From contig CAVNZM010000018.1 in the NCBI GenBank assembly GCA_963693365.1, positions 1,774,728 through 1,838,727 of the forward strand: DNA of 64,000 bases, written 5' to 3'. The translations under genes and the position numbers were made by a program. The notes beneath the pieces are model-generated. The model searched no databases, was not told the origin of the DNA, and worked only from the letters and a program-made list of their open reading frames with translations. Origin of the DNA: Amoebidium appalachense. Lineage: Eukaryota; Protista; Ichthyosporea. Positions 1 through 9,896 of the stretch are shown here, in pieces; within the stretch, counting starts at the first letter, position 1, and every line of letters starts with the position of its first letter.

Positions 1-450
1 CGCTTTACTCGCACAATTTGTCGAAGGGCCAGCCTCCGGTATTTTGGCATGAACTCGTTGGCAAACACGTACTTCCTTGCACGTCTGTGACCCCTCTTTT
101 TGGACTGACCTCCTTGTTTTGGCATGACCTCTACCCCAAAATTTTGGGCGCTTGCCCTGCACAATCCCTGTGAAACCACTTTCTCCGCTTGCACCCAGCC
201 GCGCACAGGTTGCTGGTCCACGCACCCTCCTCGAGCTCGAGGGACACCTTGCGCCACCCTGATTCTGCGCGCTTGATCTCGCACGCCACCACAATGTCTC
301 CCGGTCGCACACCTGCGGTCCACATGCTTGTGCAACAGCGCACGCTCAGCACCTCACACTCCGATTCGGGCCCACGTACACACACACCGAAACACGCAAG
401 CGCGCACTCGTGGTCATGCAGCGCCTCGAGAACTGGCACCTTGCGAATGA
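1..450 (-). CDS. Possible orphan ORF with a PHD-finger-like fragment (frameshifted, runs off the window)
   Basis: C-terminus of ORF 131..1303 reads CAAGCKRRKWFHRDCAG (CxxxCxxxxWFHxxCxG, PHD-like). One extra G in the run at 134-137 would open the frame to position 1. Start unclear. Confidence 0.25.
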
Positions 451-542
451 GTGTGCGCCGACGCAGGCGGGGACTCTGGAGGGTATAAAAGCGTGTGTCT
501 GACACGGGGAGCTGCCAGTCTGAATCTGCACCAGAACCGACC

Positions 543-1061
543 ATGGCTTTTGAGCAGGACCTGAAGCTATTTGTCAATCGGCTGTCGCTGCTTGTATCCA
601 ACATGACGTTCGACTCGAACGGCGCCGGGAGGGTGGCAAGCCGGCCGCTACAGCTCCACGCAAGACTCGGCAAGGGCGACACGATGCGGTCGGACACGAT
701 GCTGCCGCTGCAGTCGGTGGAAACGTCGAACAGGACTGGACTCAACCACCTGGTGTTTTCGACGTGTCCACTGGAGGGGGCCGGGGATGCGGTGACCATC
801 GACCTGGATTGGGGCAAGTCGTTTCGGCTGACCTGGGAGCGCTGGGACACCACGCTGTCGCTGCTGCAACCGAGGGATCCGACGGAGGAGGAGGGCATGA
901 GCGAGGGACGTGCGGTCCCGATGGAGGCAAAGAGAAAACGAACAACCCTTCTGCGAATCGACTTTTTGAAGGACTTCCTTTGGCATGACATGGGGTGCGA
1001 CATTCTGTCGCTGCAGTTATATGAATCAGTACAGAAAAATAGGCGGCAGTGTAGAGAATAA
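543..1061 (+). CDS. Hypothetical protein (172 aa), orphan
   Basis: ATG at 543 (accATGG) about 55 bp downstream of TATAAAA at 484-490; non-repetitive ORF MAFEQDLKLF... Confidence 0.5.
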   Translation: MAFEQDLKLFVNRLSLLVSNMTFDSNGAGRVASRPLQLHARLGKGDTMRSDTMLPLQSVETSNRTGLNHLVFSTCPLEGAGDAVTIDLDWGKSFRLTWERWDTTLSLLQPRDPTEEEGMSEGRAVPMEAKRKRTTLLRIDFLKDFLWHDMGCDILSLQLYESVQKNRRQCRE

Positions 1062-1196
1062 TGCAGGTATCGCGCAGTGCGTGTGTGTGTGCGACTGCGC
1101 CCCGGATGGTGCAGCACGCGTATATAAGCAGGGCCACACCCAACGTGTCGTCCGAGCGCATGCTTGTGTGTGCGCACACAAATTTGTTTATTTTTC

Positions 1197-1370
1197 AGAG
1201 AAATGATCCCGCCCACCCTTCTCGCCCACGACGGCCAACTTCGCATCAATGGAGTGGGGAAGCTCACCCCAGTGGCTTCATTCCGTGACCTCCTCGAGAT
1301 CATCTACCTACTCCCTAGGAAGCGCGCCCACGAGTTCCGCAAGACCTGTGCCACCTACATAGCACGTAAG
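1197..1370 (+). CDS. Fragment of a giant-virus-type Bro-N/KilA-like DNA-binding domain
   Basis: LRINGVGKLTPVASFRDLLEIIYLLPRKRAHEFRKTCATYIAR resembles the RINGxGxxTPVAxxxxLxEIxxxLPGKxAxEFRxxxA motif I recall from NCLDV and endogenous-virus proteins. Preceded by a possible acceptor tttcag (1198) and overlapped by the convergent ZF gene; may be truncated. Confidence 0.5.
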
Positions 1371-1862
1371 GGTAAATTTTTGTGGAATGCCATCCACAAC
1401 TTTGCTTGTTTCGACCAATTGTCTGTGTGCTCGCTCGTGATGACTCCACGAGGATCGAGTATGAAAAGTGGCAGCGCAGATATGGCAGGAATATGGTCTT
1501 ACGCCCGTGTGCACTCTTTGGTGGACGGTCAAACTGGCCTTGTGCCGGTATGATTTGCTGCATCCCATATAATCACATCTGAAAGAGTTCCCGCCAGAAT
1601 GCGATCTCTGATGCACACGATATGAACTTGGATGTATAAATTCCTTGCCACAATCGTTGCAAATAAAGGGTTTTTCTGACTTGTGTTTCCACATGTGTGT
1701 TGACAACGAAGCTGGGGTTGTATATGCAGCTGAACACTCCGGATAATCACATTTGAACAGGGTGCCTGTGTGTTTTCGCAGATGGGTTTCCAAGTGAGCC
1801 TTCTGCCTGAAGTTCCGTCCACACTCCGGCCAGTTGCACTTCCACCCACGAGAATCTGTCAT
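1308..1862 (-). CDS. Intronless C2H2 zinc-finger protein, 5 fingers (184 aa)
   Basis: Five CX2-4CX12HX3H fingers with TGEKP-like linkers (TGTLF, KSEKPF, SGGNSF, TGVRPY). Confidence 0.9.
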   Translation of the reverse strand: MTDSRGWKCNWPECGRNFRQKAHLETHLRKHTGTLFKCDYPECSAAYTTPASLSTHMWKHKSEKPFICNDCGKEFIHPSSYRVHQRSHSGGNSFRCDYMGCSKSYRHKASLTVHQRVHTGVRPYSCHICAATFHTRSSWSHHERAHRQLVETSKVVDGIPQKFTLTCYVGGTGLAELVGALPRE

Positions 1863-1904
1863 CGTTGAGGTTAAGGCATAAAAAAGCCAACGTTTTCCTT
1901 TGCC

Positions 1905-2223
1905 CTGAGTAATTCAAGTTACTCTGAGCATAAAATTAATGGTTTTTTATTTGTTTCATGAGTAACAATATCTTACTCAGGGTACTCATTCTGAGTAACA
2001 CAGACAAGTTTCCCCCACTAGATGTTACTCACCCAAATATGGTAAAGGTTTCCTTTTTAGGTATAAAAATATACAATTGTCATATAGTGAGTAGGATGAG
2101 TAGGATGAGTACGTACTCATCTACTGTGGGCTACGGGTATACCTAAATCTCAATCCAAAAGGAAATTGGAACACCCGGGGGGAGACCAGATGAGTAGGTA
2201 CTCAAGCTACTCATCCTACTCAC
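1905..2223. promoter_or_regulatory. Candidate iteron-type replication origin (TGAGTA/TACTCA cluster)
   Basis: 14 copies of the hexamer (7 per strand) in about 320 bp, including TGAGTA three times at 9-bp spacing from 2088 and the inverse near 2208-2222, plus an AT-rich patch at 1931-1957. Abuts the helicase stop codon. Confidence 0.5.
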
Positions 2224-3605
2224 CCCATCAAAATGGCCTCAAAATTTAGGTGGTACCCCTTACACCTCCCCTGGACAAACAAACTCATTCCATTAACTTT
2301 GTCCCCGAAAAGCTTCGAGAGGCATTCGCCCACTTGTCGCAGGCTGGCTGTCTGCGGGTTCTTGCCGTTTAAGCGCATCCACTCTTGAAGATGAAGGTGG
2401 ATCTCGGTTGCTGTCACAAACTTTCCGTCGGTGAGGGCCATTCTTTCGCAGCTGTCCTCCCCCATGACAACATCCTTCAAAAAGGACAGACAGTCAGATC
2501 GGGAAAACGATTTCAGACGCTCCTTCAACTTGGAGTTCGGTGGGCGGAGATAAAGCAAGATTGGATTCCCATTAGGACGGTGTTGGTGCAGAAATTGGAA
2601 GAGGTGGTGTAGAGCATCTTGATCCTCATAGTGTGTCCAGAGGTTGTTGAAGTATGCCGTGTCGTTGACTTTTGCAGGTGAGACCTCAAAGCAGGCAGAG
2701 CGGCGGTCGCTGGCTTCAACACGCAGTGGCCAGTCCTCGTTTGACATAAACACGTAGCGCTCACAGGACCGTCGGACCATTTGGTCGATGCCTTTTCGCT
2801 CGATAACCATTGTCGTGTCTGTTATCATATTTTTGAGCTGGTTGTTGACTGTGTGTTCCCCCCCAAAGGTCACTTCATCGACCAACACAAGCAGCTTATC
2901 CGCGAGGTGTGCATTGAAATTCCCAACCAATCGGTGTTTGCTGTTCACGGTTACAACCAAGGCGGGACCCAATAACTTGCTGAATATGTTCCAAAACATG
3001 TTTTTTCCCGTCCCTTGGACACTTTTGAAAAGACAACAACTATCAGGCTTTTGTCCTGGATGCTGGATGATATGTGCAATCCAATTAAGAAGAAACCCGC
3101 CCATGATGGGGTCACCGTTGGCCATAATGTTGTGTAGGTGCCAGAGAAAGGGTCCCACTTTATGTGAGTCCACTCGGAAACCGTCAATAGGTGAAAACGC
3201 CATGCCGCCATATGTATTGAAGCAGGCGTAGTTCTCGTCCTTCTCGCACTTGAGATCAGCCGGGTCAAAAACAGCGTCGTTGAACCATGTTATTGTGGGT
3301 TCGCATAGATAGTCCTTCCCCAAGTAAACAGCGTCTTTTTTCCCAATCGGATAGGTGAACCTCATGGCGGACAGAGTCCCGTTGACTGCCTCCCTGGATT
3401 GGAAATCAAAAGTGGTACGTCTCCCCTTGTTGATTTTTACCACATACACATTGCTATTTAGAACGCGAGCTACCTTTGTCCTCAAAAAAGCAATAATGGC
3501 ATCTTTATCACACCAGGAACCAATGGAGCTTGATGGGGCAAAGCGCGGTAATCCATCCGTAACATTGAGAAACGAAGTACGTGCGGCCTCGTCAATGTTT
3601 ATCAT
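2220..3605 (-). CDS. D5-like / DUF5906-type superfamily 3 helicase (helicase module of primase-helicases), 461 aa
   Basis: Walker A SVQGTGKN, Walker B LVLVDEV, LKNMIT...IERKG, motif C VFMSN, DRR arginine finger; WIAHIIQHPGQK upstream motif; probable C-terminal winged helix. No primase domain evident. Intronless. Confidence 0.9.
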   Translation of the reverse strand: MINIDEAARTSFLNVTDGLPRFAPSSSIGSWCDKDAIIAFLRTKVARVLNSNVYVVKINKGRRTTFDFQSREAVNGTLSAMRFTYPIGKKDAVYLGKDYLCEPTITWFNDAVFDPADLKCEKDENYACFNTYGGMAFSPIDGFRVDSHKVGPFLWHLHNIMANGDPIMGGFLLNWIAHIIQHPGQKPDSCCLFKSVQGTGKNMFWNIFSKLLGPALVVTVNSKHRLVGNFNAHLADKLLVLVDEVTFGGEHTVNNQLKNMITDTTMVIERKGIDQMVRRSCERYVFMSNEDWPLRVEASDRRSACFEVSPAKVNDTAYFNNLWTHYEDQDALHHLFQFLHQHRPNGNPILLYLRPPNSKLKERLKSFSRSDCLSFLKDVVMGEDSCERMALTDGKFVTATEIHLHLQEWMRLNGKNPQTASLRQVGECLSKLFGDKVNGMSLFVQGRCKGYHLNFEAILMG

Positions 3606-3678
3606 TATTATCTTATACTAGAAAATAATTTTGTCTGGGTGGGCTACGAGCCCTAAAACATGTATTTCCAGTTGCCCC

Positions 3679-4056
3679 GTGTGCAGGGCACTGATTTCTA
3701 CCTCTTCTGGTTGGTGCCAAGAGGCAGTGCCCTACACGTGTGGTGTCTAAACAGCCTATAGGCATGCTTTGTGTGCAGGGCACTGATTTCTACCCTCTTC
3801 TGGTTGGTGCCAAGAGGCAGTGCCCTACACGTGTGGTGTCTAAACAGCCTATAGGCATGCTCTGTGTGCAGGGCACTGATTTCTACCCTCTTCTGGTTGG
3901 TGCCAAGAGGCAGTGCTCTACACGTGTGGTGTCTAAACAGCCTATAGGCATGCTCCGTGTGCAGGGCACTAATTTGTTGTGCCTTCCTTTTTTGGTTAGA
4001 TCTATACCCGGCCAATGGTTAGCAGCCACGGGTTTGTTTTCATCAAGCTTAGACGT
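3679..4056. repeat. Left arm of internal inverted repeat: about 3.1 x 93-bp tandem unit plus about 86-bp unique segment
   Basis: Units start at 3679, 3771, 3864, 3957; reverse complement of 9369-9896. Confidence 0.95.
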
Positions 4057-4114
4057 TAATACATACTAAGTAACAGAATGAAATCACTCGCATGTGTTAT
4101 CCCTCATGATTGTA

Positions 4115-4471
4115 TCAATCCGTTTCATCCGGAGTCTTAGCGGACTGGCCCAGACGTATGAGACAGGCCCGTAGAAAGTCCTTTTGCTTCTTCAGCTTGT
4201 CGTTTTCCAGCTGCAGCTCTTGGTTCTCCACCACCAAATTCTTGTTCTCTTCGCACACCTTGTTGCGCTCCTCTTGCAGGCCCTTGATCACCTCCCGCTG
4301 GTTCTTGTTCATTGTGCGCAGCGCGTCGTTGTCCTTGTCCATGTCGTTGTTCAACTCCCTCAGCTGCTGGATCAGCCCGTGCAGCCCCTCGTTGGCCTCC
4401 TTCAGCATCTTGTTGGTCTCTTGCAGCTGCTCGGTGTGTGCATCTTGGCGCTGTGTGACTGTTTCATCCAT
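4115..4471 (-). CDS. Small coiled-coil orphan protein (118 aa)
   Basis: ATG start; heptad-rich (LQETNKMLKEANEGLHGLIQQLRELNN...). Confidence 0.65.
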   Translation of the reverse strand: MDETVTQRQDAHTEQLQETNKMLKEANEGLHGLIQQLRELNNDMDKDNDALRTMNKNQREVIKGLQEERNKVCEENKNLVVENQELQLENDKLKKQKDFLRACLIRLGQSAKTPDETD

Positions 4472-4598
4472 TGTGTCGTTTGCAGCTGGTTGGGCAGGAG
4501 GTGTTTAGTTTTTATCCACGAAGCAAAGCAGTGTGAACAAAAAAAACGTCCCTCTTATTTTTACGAAGCAAAAGTGTGACCCAAAAAAAACGTTCCTC

Positions 4599-5082
4599 TT
4601 ACACAATGCAAAATAAAGCAAAATCCTATGATGCGCAAACACACCGTGAACTAAAAAAACTCGCCACTGATTATTTACACGAAGTAAAGCAGTGTGAACA
4701 AAAAAAAGCGCTCCTTACACAATGCAAAATAAAGCAAAATCCTATGATGCGCAAACACACCGTGAACTAAAAAAACTCGCCACTGATTATTTACACGAAG
4801 TAAAGCAGTGTGAACAAAAAAAAGCGCTCCTTACACAATGCAAAATAAAGCAAAATCCTATGATGCGCAAACACACCGTGAACTAAAAAAACTCGCCACT
4901 GATTATTTACACGAAGTAAAGCAGTGTGAACAAAAAAAAGCGCTCCTTACACAATGCAAAATAAAGCAAAATCCTATGATGCGCAAACACACCGTGAACT
5001 AAAAAAACTCGCCACTGATTATTTACACGAAGTAAAGCAGTGTGAACAAAAAAAAGCGCTCCTTACACAATGCAAAATAAAA
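4599..5082. repeat. AT-rich tandem repeat, 116-bp unit x about 4.2
   Basis: acacaatgcaaaataaa recurs at 4601, 4717, 4833, 4949, 5065; units essentially identical. Confidence 0.95.
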
Positions 5083-5429
5083 CACACACACACACACACC
5101 AAGCCATTTGTATCCAGCTCGGACCCCTTTTTGTGCGCACACTTCTGGTTGGTGTATAAGTATTGGATCCACGTGAGCGCGAGTTTCCTAAGTGCTGCTC
5201 AAAAAGTGACATGTTGTTCCCAGCAGGCAGTGCACCGATTCGCTATCAGTTGACATCGTGTTCAAGCAGTCAGCACCATGTGATTGTGTACTTTTCCTGA
5301 CCAATTTTTGTATCCCTGATAGACAGAATAATGCTCGTAATTGTTGGGAAGCATATTCGTGTTTTTTTAGGAGTTGCTACATCAAAATACATTGTGTTCA
5401 AACACTGACGGCCAAGTTGCAAAGATCGG

Positions 5430-5684
5430 ATTACAATCCAATCTGTCAAATGACAATTCTCAAGTCAAAACATGCTCTTGTTGATCCAATCAGAATTCAT
5501 CAATCAGTCAGCAGATTTGGTTGAGCCCCAACTTATCGGATACACCAAGATGCCCAAATGACAATTAGCCAATCAGATATTCACGCGATCTCTAGATCCA
5601 ATCAAGCGTCGCGGCTGGGGTATATCCAACCAATCTAATGCAATAAAGCATCTGATGCCAAAGCCGGGCACGGCATATAAAAGC
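5430..5684 (+). promoter_or_regulatory. Pol II-type promoter: CCAAT cluster plus TATA box
   Basis: Multiple CCAATC motifs, then GGCATATAAAAGC at 5672-5684. The identical 13-mer lies on the minus strand at 9251-9263, upstream of the 9156 ATG. Confidence 0.6.
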
Positions 5685-5767
5685 CCATACTCTCTTCAAT
5701 CCACACACCTTTTCCATGTTAGCTAGCTTCTCCCTTGGCACACAACGTACATCCAACTGTCACGAAA

Positions 5768-6415
5768 ATGAGTTCTAACATCAAAGATCTAGAAAGGCGC
5801 GCTAAAAAAATAGAGACAAGACTCAAGACTTTGGAGGAGGATGCAAAGGTCCTGCGGGACACCCAGACCCGTTTCGCGTGCGCCCTTGCTAGGCACGCCC
5901 GCATGGCTTTAAGCAAGCGCACCACTACAGCAGCAACCGTGGCACCCCCAGCGCTGACCGTGGCACCCCCAGCGCTGACCGTGGCACCCCCAGCGCTGAC
6001 CGTGGCACCCCCTGTCCTGGCAGCGGCACCTGCACTTCGTGCTGGCGAGCATGGCAGCTCCTATCCCGTGGACTTGGCCCCCCAGCCCCTGCAGCGCTCA
6101 CGTTTGCACATCACACAGGGGTCCAAGACACGGGAGAAACCACGAAGACAGCAGAAGAGGACACGAGAGGAAGTCAGAAGCTCTGGGTCGGAGGAGGAGT
6201 ACCATCCTCCAGTGCCTGCTTGGTTCAAGACCTTGTCCAAGACCTTGCTACGGGGACAGCAGTCAGAACCTGAGGAGTACTCGTCTTCTGAGGAGTACTC
6301 GTCTTCCGAGTCCAAGACCTTGACACGGGGACAGCAGAAAAGGGCACGAGCCAGTGAAGCCAGCAGCTCTGGGGCGTCTTCCGAGTCTTCAGACGGAGAT
6401 ATCAACTGGCCTTGA
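5768..6415 (+). CDS. Orphan protein: N-terminal coiled coil, (TVAPPAL)n repeats, Ser/Glu-rich tail (215 aa)
   Basis: aaaATG at 5768 downstream of the TATA box; open frame through in-frame 21-bp repeats. Confidence 0.65.
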   Translation: MSSNIKDLERRAKKIETRLKTLEEDAKVLRDTQTRFACALARHARMALSKRTTTAATVAPPALTVAPPALTVAPPALTVAPPVLAAAPALRAGEHGSSYPVDLAPQPLQRSRLHITQGSKTREKPRRQQKRTREEVRSSGSEEEYHPPVPAWFKTLSKTLLRGQQSEPEEYSSSEEYSSSESKTLTRGQQKRARASEASSSGASSESSDGDINWP

Positions 6416-6494
6416 CACGGTGAAAAAAGGGGCCGCTATTAGAGAGTAGCCTCAGGCTATTCTAGTGCTTGTGTGCAGGTGTACTTAACATTGA

Positions 6495-7572
6495 GTGTAC
6501 TTAGGGTGGGGCTGTGCAGACGTGTACTTAAAGGGTGGGGCTGTGCAGACGTGTACTTAGGATGGTGCAGACGTGTACTTAAAGGGTGGGGCTGTGCAGA
6601 CGTGTACTTAAAGGGTGGGGCTGTGCAGACGTGTACTTAGGATGGTGTAGAGGTACTTAGGGTGGTGCAGAGTGTACTTAGGGTGGTGCAGAGTGTACTT
6701 AGGGTGGGGCTGTGCAGAGTGTACTTAGGGTGGTGCAGAGTGTACTTAGGGTGGGGCTGTGCAGAGTGTACTTAGGGTGGTGCAGACGTGTACTTAGGGT
6801 GGGGCTGTGCAGAGTGTACTTAGGGTGGTGCAGACGTGTACTTAGGGTGGTGCAGAGGTGTACTTAGGGTGGTGCAGACGTGTACTTAGGGTGGTGCAGA
6901 GGTGTACTTAGGGTGGTGCAGACGTGTACTTAGGGTGGTGCAGACGTGTACTTAGGGTGGTGCAGAGGTGTACTTAGGGTGGTGCAGACGTGTACTTAGG
7001 GTGGTGCAGAGTTAGGGTGGTGCAGACGTGTACTTAGGGTGGTGCAGACGTGTACTTAGGGTGGTGCAGAGGTGTACTTAGGGTGGTGCAGACGTGTACT
7101 TAGGGTGGTGCAGACGTGTACTTAGGGTGGTGCAGACGTGTACTTAGGGTGGGGCTGTGCAGAGTGTACTTAGGGTGGTGCAGACGTGTACTTAGGGTGG
7201 TGCAGAGTGTACTTAGGGTGGGGCTGTGCAGAGTGTACTTAGGGTGGTGCAGAGTGTACTTAGGGTGGTGCAGAGGTGTACTTAGGGCTGTGCAGAGGTG
7301 TACTTAGGGTGGTGCAGAGGTGTACTTAGGGTGGTGCAGAGGTGTACTTAGGGTGGTGCAGACGTGTACTTAGGGTGGTGCAGAGGTGTACTTAGGGTGG
7401 TGCAGACGTGTACTTAGGGTGGGGCTGTGCACCACAGTGTACTTAGGGTGGTGCAGACGTGTACTTAGGGTGGGGCTGTGCACCACAGTGTACTTAGGGT
7501 GGTGCAGACGTGTACTTAGGGTGGGGCTGTGCACCACAGTGTACTTAGGGTGGTGCAGAGTGTACTTAGGTG
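6495..7572 (+). repeat. Telomere-like minisatellite, 21-30-bp variant units with TTAGGG core (about 45 units)
   Basis: Consensus GTGTACTTAGGGTGGTGCAGA(C/G) interspersed with GTGTACTTAGGGTGGGGCTGTGCAGA variants. Confidence 0.95.
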
Positions 7573-7975
7573 GGTGTCTTGTGGTGAAAGTAAAGTTTAT
7601 GGCATACAGGCAGATGTGTGCTTTAAGCCTTAGGGAACTGTGGGCAGACATGTCAACACTTGGGCCTATGGGTAGACGTGTACACACTTAGTGTATTTGT
7701 TTGTGTCTCTCATGGTTATTTTATAGCATGAAGCACTGCAAAAAATGGTGTATGTTTCCGTGGTCCACGTACACAGAATCCTTTAATATGAACACAAGTG
7801 ATTGTATAGAAAAAGAGTACGTACGTACATGATAGTCTAGTCAGATTACAAAGAACAAATCAACTTGGACCGAGTATATTCAAATACAAACTAAAAGAGA
7901 AAAGAAACAAATAAATCAAGACCGATCAATTCAAATACAAATCAAAAGAGAATGCCACTTAGTCGACCAATCAAA

Positions 7976-9156
7976 TCAGTACATCTCATGCTCATACTGG
8001 TCAAACTCTTCCTGGTCAAGATCAATGAGGGGAATTTCTTCAGTTTGTTTATGTTTGGGTTCAGGTTTGCGGTCATACACGACCGACTCACGATCAGACG
8101 CAGATTCGTCATCTGTCATATCATCGAGTACCTGATTTGCCCGTCGTTTGAGCCGCTTGGGGTTGAATGCTTCATCTGAGTCCCAATCACATTGATCATG
8201 GACGCGTTTGGCGGGTGAGGCAGGTGAAGAGACAGACTCATTACCACCTGTGTATGCCTTCAAGTTCTTCTCCCGTCGCAGAATCTTCCTTCGGATGCTT
8301 TTTATGGTGTTTTGGGCTGCACACACAGCAGCAATGGCCAGGCCCTCCGCCATTTCATCTTCAGCCGCCTTTGCCTCTTTGACACGCTCTCGAGCATTCT
8401 GGAGCTCCCCCCTCACACTAGTTAGCTGTGCATCGAGGTCCATCGTATGGTCATGCAACGAAGTCTCAGGTGTTTTGGTGTGCTTGGGCCTGGGCTTAGC
8501 GGCAGGGGTGGTCTTGGCAGGAGTGGTCTTGGTGGTAGGGGTGGTCTTGGCAGGAGTGGTCTTGGTGGTAGGGGTGGTCTTGGCAGGAGTGGTCTTGGTG
8601 GTAGGGGTGGTCTTGGCAGGAGTGGTCTTGGCGGCAGGGGTGGGGGCAGTCACAGGGGCGGTCTTTGCGACAGGGGTGGGGGCAGTCACAGGGGCGGTCT
8701 TGGTGGCAGGGGTGGGGGCAGTCACAGGGGCGGTCTTGGTGGCAGGGGGGGGGCAGTCACAGTGGTGGTCTTGGTGGCAGGGGGGGGGGCAGTCACAGTG
8801 GTGGTCTTGGTGGCAGGGGGGGGGGCAGTCAGAGTGGTGGTCATGGCGACAGGGGTAGTCTTGCGAGGGCCACTGAAAATGTAGTTTTCATAGGCCACCT
8901 GGCCATCCCGGCGGGGTGCTACTGCCCGTTGCAGGCTGGCAAGCTCGGCCTGCAGGGTCTTGATCTGGTCTTCGGCTGCCCTCAGTCGTGCCTCTACATC
9001 AGAGGGTCGGGGCGTACGTGCAGCATTCTCATTGGTCACTTGACTGCGGAGGCTGATGAGGTCGGTGTGCAGGGCCGTTAAGCGGGACGAATGGTCCGTG
9101 TACAGAAAATCAACGCGCTTCTGCAGCTGTTGAAGCTCCTCTTTCCAAGAATCCAT
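7976..9156 (-). CDS. Orphan protein: coiled coil, Thr/Pro/Lys repeats, coiled coil, acidic tail (about 390 aa; apparent homopolymer frameshift)
   Basis: ORFs 8722..9156 and 7976..8725 share TAP(P/T)PATKT repeats and join across G-runs at about 8745-8825; TATA at 9253-9259. Confidence 0.65.
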
Positions 9157-9368
9157 GTTTCGTGTGAGTGTTTGAAAAACAAGTTTGTTGTGTGTCGCCT
9201 TTTACTATTGAGTGTCAGTGTTGGAATGAGTGAATGTGACCGTGTGTGCTGCTTTTATATGCCACGGTACAAAGCAGCTTACAGCAATGGTGCCAAGGTT
9301 CAATGGGATAGATCTGTCCAATCAACGGTCATTGTCACTCAAACAGCCTTGATGATTGGCAAAGTATC

Positions 9369-9896
9369 ACGTCTAAGCTTGATGAAAACAAACCCGTGGC
9401 TGCTAACCATTGGCCGGGTATAGATCTAACCAAAAAAGGAAGGCACAACAAATTGGTGCCTGCACACGGAGCATGCCTATAGGCTGTTTAGACACCACAC
9501 GTGTAGGGCGCTGCCTCTTGGCACCAACCAGAAGAGGGTAGAAATTGGTGCCTGCACACGGAGCATGCCTATAGGCTGTTTAGACACCACACGTGTAGGG
9601 CGCTGCCTCTTGGCACCAACCAGAAGAGGGTAGAAATTGGTGCCTGCACACGGAGCATGCCTATAGGCTGTTTAGACACCACACGTGTAGGGCGCTGCCT
9701 CTTGGCACCAACCAGAAGAGGGTAGAAATTGGTGCCTGCACACGGAGCATGCCTATAGGCTGTTTAGACACCACACGTGTAGGGCGCTGCCTCTTGGCAC
9801 CAACCAGAAGAGGGTAGAAATTGGTGCCTGCACACGGAGCATGCCTATAGGCTGTTTAGACACCACACGTGTAGGGCGCTGCCTCTTGGCACCAAC
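9369..9896. repeat. Right arm of internal inverted repeat: unique segment plus about 4.8 x 92-bp tandem unit
   Basis: Units start at 9451, 9543, 9635, 9727, 9819; reverse complement of 3679-4056 with arm-specific variants. Confidence 0.95.

Noticed and set aside
131-1303. 390-aa minus-strand ORF as a single gene
   Set aside because: Mostly the antisense shadow of the 543-1061 gene; only the distal Cys/His part looks possibly coding.
3615-3655. Helitron-like 3' end on the minus strand (GGGCTCGTAGCCC hairpin then CTAG|T)
   Set aside because: The hairpin is short and lies about 15 nt before the CTAG, slightly further than typical. No RepHel gene or matching 5' TC end was found; a splice acceptor or chance is equally likely.
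3698-4015. ORF with 31-aa repeats
   Set aside because: By-product of the 93-bp array; the homologous right-arm array has 92-bp units and does not keep frame.
6495-7572. True chromosome end
   Set aside because: Unique sequence continues on both sides and the array lies inside the IR-bounded cassette.
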